NCBI GenBank assembly: GCA_010909165.1 | Contig: MU008174.1 | Span: forward strand, 1,054,001 to 1,118,000 | Direction: 5' to 3' | Source of the DNA: Anthoceros angustus | Lineage: Eukaryota > Plantae > Anthocerotophyta | Length of the DNA: 64,000 bases | Part shown: piece after piece, positions 1 to 9,633 of the stretch | How the letters are laid out: each line of letters begins with the position of its first letter | How positions within the stretch are numbered: position 1 is the first letter of the stretch | Notes under the pieces: model-generated | Told to the model about the DNA's origin: nothing | The model's input: the letters and a program-made list of their open reading frames with translations, nothing else | Databases searched by the model: none | Position numbers and translations under genes: made by a program

Positions 1-199
1 TCAAGGTGGATTATGTAATTGTACACATCATATAATAATATTATATACCATGTTAATGATGAATCTCTTTGTCATGAACCTCTTGCCTAACAAACGGATT
101 TTGAAATATTATTATATAAAATAAAAAATCTAAGCTTAATGGAGAACAGCGTGTGGAAATAGCCTGTGGACCAGAAAAACTCAAGTGGGAACTCTATGG

Positions 200-960
200 G
201 GCGACAGGACTACATCCTTTTGGTTCAATAGCTATTCACATCCTTGTCCTTACACCACACAACAGTGCACCAGAACCTTCGGCTGGCCCTTCTATCTTGA
301 GCGATGAGGCCATGGAAGCCTCCCAACAATGACTTTGCCGATCCAAAGTGCCGTTTCTGATCCAAAGTGTCAGAAACAATCGAGCTAGTTATGAGATTGA
401 ATGGCTATCCAGCCATGGAAGCAAAGTACTTGCGACCCTTGTGGACCAGTCCTTCATTACTGCATGCTACTAGAAGGCAAGTAAAAGTAGCATCATTAAG
501 CTGAACACCGGCAACTAGCATCTCCTCTAAACAAGCTAGCGCCTTGTGACCTTTATCACAAGTACCATACCCAAATATCAGCAACCTGGAGTGCATCTTC
601 CATATCACCACATTTTGCATATATGTCCACCAGGCATTACGTCATCTAGGAGTCCTCTTTCGACAATGTGTGAGTGAAGCTGGCTGCTCGTTTGCAAGGC
701 TCCAATGCTTCCACTACCTTCATAAGGCAAGAGAAAGTAATATGGACAGCCAAAATCAGCCCTTCCTCCTCCATTTGTCCATACACTGGCAAGCGCCTCT
801 TGTCCGAGCCCTTGCTGCCCACCTGCCACATCCTGCATTCCCCACAAGCCACATTCTTTTTCCCCACAAGCCACATTCTTTTTCCCCACAAGCCACATTC
901 TTTTTCCCCACAAGCCACATTCTTTGTGTCCATGCTGTCAAAAATAACTGGCAAGCATCT
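200..960 (-). pseudogene. Degenerate PLS-class PPR gene fragment
   Basis: ORFs 405..620 (KGHKALACLEEMLVAGVQLNDATFTCLLVACSNEGLVHKGRKYFASM, P2/L2-like) and 605..913 (ASQLHSHIVERGLLDDV, L-like) are broken by frameshifts and by an inserted 22-bp tandem repeat. Confidence 0.8.
841..925. repeat. 22-bp tandem repeat, ~3.9 copies (CCCACAAGCCACATTCTTTTTC), inside the PPR relic
   Basis: Units read directly at 841, 863, 885 and 907. Confidence 0.95.
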
Positions 961-1438
961 TTTCCCTAGATTTTTAATTATAAATATTTATTATAGATAA
1001 AAAATTAAAACCTTATTGGGACACCTCTCCAAATAAGAGCATAGAGCTACTCCCATATGTTCCCCACTACAAGGGGTGGACTGTAGCTTGAAGATAACCA
1101 CCCTAAATGGCTTAGGCCAAATGGACACACATTTATAAATATGGTTATTAAGCATTTTGTGCTTGGTTCGGTACTTAGATGGAGTACCTAAAGGGAATGG
1201 ATGCCCTTGGTGGAAGTAGCTTAGGCATACCATGGTACAAGTTGTTAAGTACTAAGTCCCATGACGGAAATCCGTCCTTAGTGGACTTAAATATAATTCT
1301 TCTTCTTCTTGTTCTAAACAATATGAATTTCTCTACAATGAATCTGGATTGTGAATATTTAATGGATTACCCAATATTCCACGGTAGGCTTTTATGGCAT
1401 ACATGACTCCAAAGTGGCTCACTGCAACTACTTGCCAT

Positions 1439-2732
1439 CTAGATATCGTGAAAAATCAAGAAGCCCCCTTTGTACCGCCCACAAAAGATTTCCTCCAGGC
1501 GATACCGTTGGTTCCCAAGATGCCAACTCAGATATCCCTGAAAGAATTTCACAATCCTGTTTTTGATGACAGCAGAATCAGACCTATCCGCCAAGGCCAT
1601 CAGTCTTCTCCTGGAATGGATCACAGCCTGCATCCTGTGCCGAAGAGATTGAAGAAGCGGCAGGTTGTGAATCCTTGGACGGGTCACAACGTGGATGCAA
1701 TACTCTCCGTCCTGCATCTCCTTGTAAAAGGACAGCACATCGTTGCCGAAATCAAACGCATCGATAAGCTCAGGGACCATGGGGTTGAGCCTGTTGTAGA
1801 GGAAGTACTCATCTCCCCTCGCAGAGCCCGAGGACGATGTCTACATGATGACAAAGTATGCAAAAACCTCAGCAATCCCGGACCTGTACCGGATGAACCT
1901 GGGGAAGCATGTCGGCAGTGGTCTCCATCGGATACTCCTCGTAATGCTGCTCCTGCAAGTTGCCCTCGATGAAGTCGAAGGTGGACTTGATCATCAGGCT
2001 GTGCAGCCGGAGCTCCGTGGAGAGGATTGGGTTCTGGTCCGTCTTGAGGTAGGCGATGAGATCGTCCAGGGCCTGGTGGGCGGCCGGGGTACCGCCTGGA
2101 GTACTCTTGTGGGTCGGTGTACTTCATCTGGAACAAGCTCATGTCCTTCAGGTACCTCTCTCGCACCGCCCCCCAGAGCTTCCCTGCCAGATCGTCCACC
2201 ACCAGGACCAGAGCTGCGAAATGTGCGATCTTCGCTTGCAGGTCGACCGGTGGACGCTGTGCGCTAGATTCCCGTACGCAGCTCCCATTTTGATGTACCG
2301 GTCCGAGAGGTAGGATCCGGCGTTCGCTCTCACCCGTGCAGCGACTGCGTCCAGCCGCTGAGGGTAGCAGGACTCCCAGGAATCGGAGAAGGACATGCTC
2401 TGCAGGAAATCCATGTACACAGGCGTCAGCTCGCTGTTGTCGATGCCACCGCCACCTTCATCGATCACCGCCCTGCCAACGGCAGCAGGTAGCTTGGCAG
2501 GAGCAGCGGCCTCGCCCTGCACGCATCTCACCGTCACAGAAACAGAAGGAGAAGAAACACTCTCCGCCTGGGCATGCTTCTGCTCCAAGGTGGAAGAAAT
2601 GAATGGAAGTCTCAACAGCAAAGAGGAATCCGCAGCGCCTTGTTGTGGGAAATCTGCCACTGCTCTGCAGCTGCTGCTTCCAGTAATATTACCGACACAC
2701 CTCACACTCGCTGTGAAGCTGCACACATCCAT
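1439..2732 (-). pseudogene. Microbial-type terpene synthase (MTPSL), trichodiene-synthase-like, intronless; frameshifted in this sequence
   Basis: Joining frames gives ...YIKMGAAYGNLA/PVDLQAKIAHFAALVLVVDDLAGKLW.../AHQALDDLIAYLK...KSTFDFIEGNLQE.../FPRFIRYRSGIAEVFAYF...PELIDAFDFGNDVLSFYKE...FQGYLSWHLGNQRYRL. This contains the Asp-rich VDD, the RxxSG motif, the NSE/DTE motif (NDVLSFYKE) and the RY motif. About 3 frameshifts (~2255, ~2080, ~1905) and an in-frame TAG at 1841-1843. Likely start MDVCSF at 2732. Confidence 0.8.
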
Positions 2733-2863
2733 GTTGTGTATGTCAGATTCTCTATAACTTCGGGAACAAGGATCCGTCAGGGGCACACAAACAACGGGCA
2801 CACACGGCTGAGGGTGTGCTTGGCTTTTAAATTATTCCAGCAAGCAGCAATATTTCAGATACT

Positions 2864-2959
2864 TCGCCACACAACACTTATCACACTTGGTGCACTAACA
2901 TGGTGTCCCATCTCCTCGCCACACAACACTTATCACACTTGGTGCACTAACATAGTGTC
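2864..2959. repeat. 44-bp direct repeat (period 52) upstream of the terpene synthase
   Basis: TCGCCACACAACACTTATCACACTTGGTGCACTAACAT(G/A)GTGTC at 2864 and 2916. Confidence 0.9.
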
Positions 2960-2999
2960 TGATCAATCCTAACTGTGCACACAAACAATTCCGTCGCAA

Positions 3000-3600
3000 A
3001 CTTTGCTATGGAATTATGTAAGAGTTGATTCAAAAGTGAAGCTTGCTTCTCCTCAAACTGTTAGTGACCAGCCCTTCAGCTGACCACTGGGCTTCCACCC
3101 GACCCTTCAGCTGAAGTACTTTGAAGAGAGTTTTAAGTCTGAGTGCTGACTGATTGTACTCGTGCGCCGTGGCTGACTACATAGTGAAACGAGGATTTCC
3201 AAGACACACCAATGGCCTCCTGCAGACTACCTCCCCACTGTACACAGTTTTAGCACAGTGTACAGCAGAGATCGAGAAACAGCAGGTCAGAGTCTGTTTG
3301 CGCCAGAGGTTCCAGGGCTCCAACGGCCCCAGAAAGCTTCCCCTGCTGACACAACGTTTCCATTTCCGAAACTTCCTCTTCCCCCGTGTGTGACGATCCT
3401 GCAACCTGCAATTCCATCGCAAAATTTGCTCTGGAATTAACGAAGAGTTGATTCAAAGGTGAACCTTACTTGATCACTAACACCCATCAGCTCTCATCCC
3501 TGCTCCCTGCCGTTTTCTGGTTAATGCTTCCTCCATTTCTTCTGGAATTACCGAAGACTTTTGTACCCAAACTTTTAGTGACTCTCCCCTCAAACTCAAA
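3000..3600 (-). pseudogene. Highly degenerate PPR N-terminal relic
   Basis: Minus frame EMETLCQQGKLSGAVGALEPLAQTDSDLLFLDL resembles RRLCEEGQPSEAVAALELL at the start of the PPR at 9990. Further PPR-like pieces (SLLNQLL, FHYVVSHG) are interrupted by stops. Confidence 0.45.
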
Positions 3601-3864
3601 CTCTGCTGCCACAATTGCTGCGCATGTGCTTCACATACACTAAGAGAGCCCGCAACCATCAACCATGAGGAAATATTAAAACTCAACTGGTATGTTTTGA
3701 GCCAGATGAAGTAGTGCAACAACGAAAGCATGACTTCGTGCATGCATCCTCGTTCCTTCACAAATTGTAGAGTACCGAGTCCCACGACGAGAATTCGTCG
3801 TCAGTGGACTTCAAGAAAATTCTTCTCTTCTTCTTCTATCATATGAATGCAGTCAGCCGCTGCG

Positions 3865-3995
3865 TCCGTCTACAATATAAGTATTCACACACTCGAGCCG
3901 GCGCCGGCGTACCACTATAATATAATTCTCACACTCGAGCTGGGCGGACGTCTATAATATAATTCACACAATCGAGCCAGGCGTACGTCTACAAC
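3865..3995 (+). repeat. Three degenerate 37-45-bp units with a TATAATATAA-like core upstream of the dioxygenase
   Basis: Variants of CTATAATATAATT..CACACTCGAGC near 3870, 3916 and 3952. Confidence 0.75.
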
Positions 3996-4259
3996 AGGCC
4001 CGATGCCTATCCCGATCCCGAACCCGGCTCCAATCCCGGCAAACCGTGCATCGCTGCCCACGCGCAGGAAACCGCACCTTCTCCTTCTGCTCCGACGTTG
4101 CGTGGATTCGATGGTGTGGAATCTGATGAGATGCACACCGTGGGAAAGAGATTGCACAGCAGTATGAGAGGCTGGGTGAAGGAATGGGACAGCAATTGCA
4201 AGCGACGGGCACATCTCAATCGCAGATCTGCAAGTGCCTACCGAGCTAGCTCGATTTCC

Positions 4260-5567
4260 ATGGCCCTTCTCAGCCACCCGCTGCGCCTGTACACCCACGG
4301 CTCCAGAACTCCATGCCTGCCGGCTGCCCGGACTGGGGGAAGAATGATCACGACCCGATGCATGTGTAGCCACCTCGTATCCGCAGCGTCCTTGCAGCAA
4401 CATCTCCCTGAAACATGGAGCAGGGCGCAGCGGGAGCTGGTGGGCGGGACGCTGGACTTGGGCTCCCTGGACGTGAGCTCCACACGCCGCGCAGAGCTGG
4501 TGGAGGAGGTCCGGCATCGGGCGGAGGCCGGAGTGCTGTACGTGAGCAACTTCGGGGTGGATCCTGCCCTGGAGGCCCAGGTCCGGGATCTGGCACGGAC
4601 CTTCTTCTCGCAGCCCGCAGAGTACAAGACGAGGCTGAAAGTCGGCGGAGACGATCTGCATCTCCCGACATCGACGAACCTACCCGCAGCAGCGGCCCCG
4701 GACAACGTCTGGTTCCCGCAGAACGCGCGCGGCTACGCGTGCAAGTTCAGCACCTCGGTGCCGGATTCCGCCGCCCTGGCGGAGCTGGAAGCAAGCGACA
4801 ACGAGCCGGCGGGGTTCCGGGAACTCTTCCGCTCCATCGCCTACCCGGAATCCGAGCGGGCAGGCAACGTCTGGCCCGATTCCGCCCTCCCCGGATTCAA
4901 GCACGCAGCGGAGAAGTACTCGGCGCAGATGCAGCGGGCGGTGGAGTTCCTGGTGGGTCTGCTGGCGGAGGGGCTGGGTCTGCCGGCGTCGTATCTCTAC
5001 GAGGAGTACCGGGACGAGGTCGTCACCAACATGGTGCTGCTCAACTACCCGCCTCAGCAGCTTCCGGCCGGGCACATGGCGGCCCCCGCGCTGCCGTCGC
5101 ACACGGACGCCAACCTGCTCAACTTGAGCGTGTCTGATGTCCCGGGGTTGCAGTTCTTCCGGCGGGGCCAGTGGGTTACCGCCCCTGCCTTGCTGGGTAG
5201 CGCGCTGGTGAGCCTGGGGGAGGCCTTGGAGACCGTCAGCAACGGGAGGTACCGAGCTGCTTGTCACAGAGTGGTGTCGGGGCCCAGAAGCCGCCTCTCC
5301 ATAGTCACCTCGTTGCAGTTCGGGGCGACTACGGTCCTTGCTCCTGCCGCGCAGCTCATCGACGACGACAATCCGGCGCGCTACCGATCCAGACTGCAGA
5401 TCGAGCGCATCAGCAACCGGGAGAATTTGTCCAAGCGGGAGCGGAGCAAAGCGCCCATCATGCTCGACCCTGCCTCGCACCTGGACCCCATGTCCGACGT
5501 CTACACACTGGGCCGTCAGGACTTCATCAATGGGAAGCCGCTGCAGGATTGGGGTGTCACTGTTTGA
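4260..5567 (+). CDS. 2-oxoglutarate/Fe(II)-dependent dioxygenase (DIOX_N + 2OG-FeII_Oxy), intronless, with N-terminal extension
   Basis: Intact ORF 4098..5567, likely ATG at 4260 (MALLSHPLR). DIOX_N-like LDLGSL...RAELVEEVR...GVLYVSNFGVD, Fe ligands HTD (PSHTDANLL) and distal H (RYRAACHRVV), and the 2OG-binding RLS motif. Confidence 0.92.
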   Translation: MALLSHPLRLYTHGSRTPCLPAARTGGRMITTRCMCSHLVSAASLQQHLPETWSRAQRELVGGTLDLGSLDVSSTRRAELVEEVRHRAEAGVLYVSNFGVDPALEAQVRDLARTFFSQPAEYKTRLKVGGDDLHLPTSTNLPAAAAPDNVWFPQNARGYACKFSTSVPDSAALAELEASDNEPAGFRELFRSIAYPESERAGNVWPDSALPGFKHAAEKYSAQMQRAVEFLVGLLAEGLGLPASYLYEEYRDEVVTNMVLLNYPPQQLPAGHMAAPALPSHTDANLLNLSVSDVPGLQFFRRGQWVTAPALLGSALVSLGEALETVSNGRYRAACHRVVSGPRSRLSIVTSLQFGATTVLAPAAQLIDDDNPARYRSRLQIERISNRENLSKRERSKAPIMLDPASHLDPMSDVYTLGRQDFINGKPLQDWGVTV

Positions 5568-6057
5568 TGCCTTTTCTCTCTCTGCAACCGCCAGATTATA
5601 GAAAGAGAAGTTTTACTGTTTTTCTCTCACTTTTTACTTTTGGAATGAAAGTTAAAAATATTAACTTCGCATTATGCTCCAAGGAACATGTAACACGCTA
5701 GAAGGCTGCTGCTGAGTTGCTGAGGTTTGAACTCCCAGTACTGCTGGGCAGGTTGTTGCTGGAACTCCTCTGCAAGTTCAGCTGCAGCATGCTGTTCCTG
5801 TTGAACCGTAATCGATAACACCCATTAGCTCTGATCCCTGCCGTTTTCTGGTTATGCAATTCAGGAGGGGGTGCCACTATCTGAAGCTCGGAATACACAC
5901 CCCGTCGCCCTCATGTAGACTGAGAACTCTGCCCTCTCTCCCAAGTATTTCGGCTGGAGGGCTAGGTGGAAGCCCAGTGCTCAAGAGTTTTTTCATGAAT
6001 GTTCCAAGATGAACCAAGCGTGGTAATTTGCACATTCCTCAGGAGCATTTACATCCC

Positions 6058-9000
6058 CGGGAGGAAGTCTAAGCTGGCTTAGGACGAGCCTGGCTTGGCT
6101 CTCCTGCAAGTACCTGGAGGCTGAAGATCTCAGACACATTGTAGGCCTACGAACTCAACAACAGACTACCACCTGAAGTGCACTGAAATTGTGCAGGGAA
6201 CACCTTTCACTCACACTCTTGCTATCCCTAATTCGGAAGATGTCACGGCTTCGACCCTGCTCATAGACCTCACAGTACATCCACGAAGCATCCGGCGTGC
6301 CCATTTCTGAAAAGGACGGATGTAGCCTGTACTCTCTACCCGGGCATGGGTAGCTGTCGAGGATGATGTAGCTTGTGCTCCATCGTGGGCAGGCGGATAC
6401 TTTGTGGATGTAATGGGGAGGTCCGATGGCTCTGGGGAGATTTGGAACACACTTGTAGCAAACAGGTGAAACTATGCTGCGTGAACAAGGGCTATATAGG
6501 CCTGGTACAGTTGAGATGTGATTACCTGCACAAAGGAGACAGCAATTCAACTGCTACAAAGCTGAGACAGACCAGAGCTCTGTGCAGGATGTTACCTTCT
6601 GGCGTGATAAGAGCGTCAGGATAGCCCTTGGTTCTGTTCCCACTTCATGAACTGAAAGCAGGATACTGCACTCCAGCTGGAAGGGTTCCGGGCATGTGAG
6701 AAACACCTGCAGAGCCCATCTGTGATCTACCTGAACAGCGATGGTTGTACTGCTGTGCAAGATGTGATAAAACGATGCAGCTCTGCCGCTGGACTTGGTC
6801 ATCGACGCGGCACAGATGTAGCTCCAGAAGAATCAGCCCCACCTGAAGGTGCGCAGCTTGAAATGGCCTGCAGTGCGTCTCGAAATGTGCAAAACCCTCC
6901 TCGCAGCCAACACGTTCCGATATCCTCATGTCCCGGATAGACGCTGGGTTGATGAAGACCGGGTGACGTTGAGGAAGTGGCCCAGCTGCCCGGTTGATAC
7001 TTGAGTCCCACATGGTACAAGCGTCGGGAAGGCCACCCAGACAAAGGTGGGCAGCACCTAAGTCTTCCAGCGCTCTCCACTTCGAACACTCGGAAACCAT
7101 TCAAGCTCCATCCATCTTTGCCACTCGGCACTCACCACCCGTCCAGCCAAGCCATCAGATTGACTACACTTCCTTGAGTAGAAAGATAGCTCATCGGAGC
7201 GTTCAGCCTGATTCGGACTCGTCCCCAACAGCACTCACTCACGATGCAACGTCTGCTCAACCTGACCTGCATTCCAGGTCTTCCAACACTACCGCGACCT
7301 TGCAGCTTGCTCTCATTTTATGCTCGTGTTGCCTGTTTCTAGGGTTATGAGGCTAACCGAGGTCCGAATGCATCTTTGGCTTGAGAATGGTAGAAGCGGT
7401 CTTCGTGGCTTATCGCATGTATGTTTGGCTTGATGAGAATGGCAGAAGTGACAAGAGGAGCTCGACCTTTTGATGCCGGTGGCACCAACTATTTCTGGAC
7501 CTAGATGTTTATGTTGTGATTTTTCCGTCTTCCCATGGTTCTCCAGTAGGAGAAAATGAGGAGAGGTGGAGGCGTGGGCGTCCACTGGGTTGGCTGGGGC
7601 CTGGTTCAAGGCAGAGCGAGGCCAGGCAGCCCGTTGGAGGAATGGTGCAGGCAGATGTCGTCGGTGGCGGGCGTGGCGGAGCAGCGAAGATCTACAGCCA
7701 GCAGCTTTGGTTGGTATTGCAGTCGGTTTTGAAGAAATGGAGCTCCGTTGTATGGATGGATTCTTATCTGGCCTGGCTTACAGGTGAGGAGTGCAGAGCA
7801 GGTCTGGTGGGGAGGCCTGTGGTGGATTCTCCGAAGTGGTGGGCCAGGAGGAAGTCTAAGCTGGCTTAGGACGAGCCTGGCTTGGCTCTCCTGCAAGTAC
7901 CTGGAGGCTGAAGATCTCAGACACATTGTAGGCCTACGAACTCAACAACAGACTACCACCTGAAGTGCACTGAAATTGTGCAGGAACACCTTTCACTCAC
8001 TCTTGCTATCCCTAATTCGGAAGATGTCACGGCTTCGACCCTGCTCATAGACCTCACAGTACATCCACGAAGCATCCGGCATTTCTGAAAAGGACGGATG
8101 TAGCCTGTACTCTCTACCCGGGCATGGGTAGCTGTCGAGGATGATGTAGCTTGTGCTCCATCGTGGGCAGGCGGATACTTTGTGGATGTAATGGGGAGGT
8201 CCGATGGCTCTGGGGAGATTTGGAACACACTTGTAGCAAACAGGTGAAACTATGCTGCGTGAACAAGGGCTATATAGGCCTGGTACAGTTGAGATGTGAT
8301 TACCTGCACAAAGGAGACAGCAATTCAACTGCTACAAAGCTGAGACAGACCAGAGCTCTGTGCAGGATGTTACCTTCTGGCGTGATAAGAGCGTCAGGAT
8401 AGCCCTTGGTTCTGTTCCCACTTCATGAACTGAAAGCAGGATACTGCACTCCAGCTGGAAGGGTTCCGGGCATGTGAGAAACACCTGCAGAGCCCATCTG
8501 TGATCTACCTGAACAGCGATGGTTGTACTGCTGTGCAAGATGTGATAAAACGATGCAGCTCTGCCGCTGGACTTGGTCATCGACGCGGCACAGATGTAGC
8601 TCCAGAAGAATCAGCCCCACCTGAAGGTGCGCAGCTTGGAAATGGCCTGCAGTGCGTCTCGAAATGTGCAAAACCCCTCCTCGCAGCCAACACGTTCCGA
8701 TATCCTCATGTCCCGGATAGACGCTGGGTTGATGAAGACCGGGTGACGTTGAGGAAGTGGCCCAGCTGCCCGGTTGATACTTGAGTCCCACATGGTACAA
8801 GCGTCGGGAAGGCCACCCAGACAAAGGTGGGCAGCACCTAAGTCTTCCAGCGCTCTCCACTTCGAACACTCGGAAACCATTCAAGCTCCATCCATCTTTG
8901 CCCTCGGCACTCACCACCCGTCCAGCCAAGCCATCAGATTGACTACACTTCCTTGAGTAGAAAGATAGCTCATCGGAGCGTTCAGCCTGATTCGGACTCG

Positions 9001-9633
9001 TCCCCAACAGCACTCACTCACGATGCAACGTCTGCTCAACCTGACCTGCATTCCAGGTCTTCCAACACTACCGCGACCTTGCAGCTTGCTCTCATTTTAT
9101 GCTCGTGTTGCCTGTTTCTAGGGTTATGAGGCTAACCGAGGTCCGAATGCATCTTTGGCTTGAGAATGGTAGAAGCGGTCTTCGTGGCTTATCGCATGTA
9201 TGTTTGGCTTGATGAGAATGGCAGAAGTGACAAGAGGAGCTCGACCTTTTGATGCCGGTGGCACCAACTATTTCTGGACCTAGATGTTTATGTTGTGATT
9301 TTTCCGTCTTCCCATGGTTCTCCAGTAGGAGAAAATGAGGAGAGGTGGAGGCGTGGGCGTCCACTGGGTTGGCTGGGGCCTGGTTCAAGGCAGAGCGAGG
9401 CCAGGCAGCCCGTTGGAGGAATGGTGCAGGCAGATGTCGTCGGTGGCGGGCGTGGCGGAGCAGCGAAGATCTACAGCCAGCAGCTTTGGTTGGTATTGCA
9501 GTCGGTTTTGAAGAAATGGAGCTCCGTTGTATGGATGGATTCTTATCTGGCCTGGCTTACAGGTGAGGGGAGTGCAGAGCAGGTCTGGTGGGGGAGGCCT
9601 GTGGTGGATTCTCCGAAGTGGTGGGCCGGGAGG
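6058..9633. repeat. ~1.79-kb internal tandem duplication present only in copy 1
   Basis: GAGGAAGTCTAAGCTGGCTTAGG occurs at ~6060 and ~7848, with the junction CCAGGAGGA at 7844-7852. Copy 2 has a single unit at 24094-25885. Confidence 0.95.
6400..7000 (+). pseudogene. Degenerate PPR-like relic (repeated at ~8200-8800 and ~24450-25050)
   Basis: Fragments EIWNTLVA, DTALQL, VIKRCSSAAGLGH and GNGLQCVSKC echo PLS motifs (WNTLI, LLKACS, GNALVDMYAKC). Many stops. Confidence 0.35.

Noticed and set aside
4238-5701. Long alternative-frame and antisense ORFs over the dioxygenase (e.g. 4680..5480, 4415..5137)
   Set aside because: Shadow ORFs caused by high GC codon usage.
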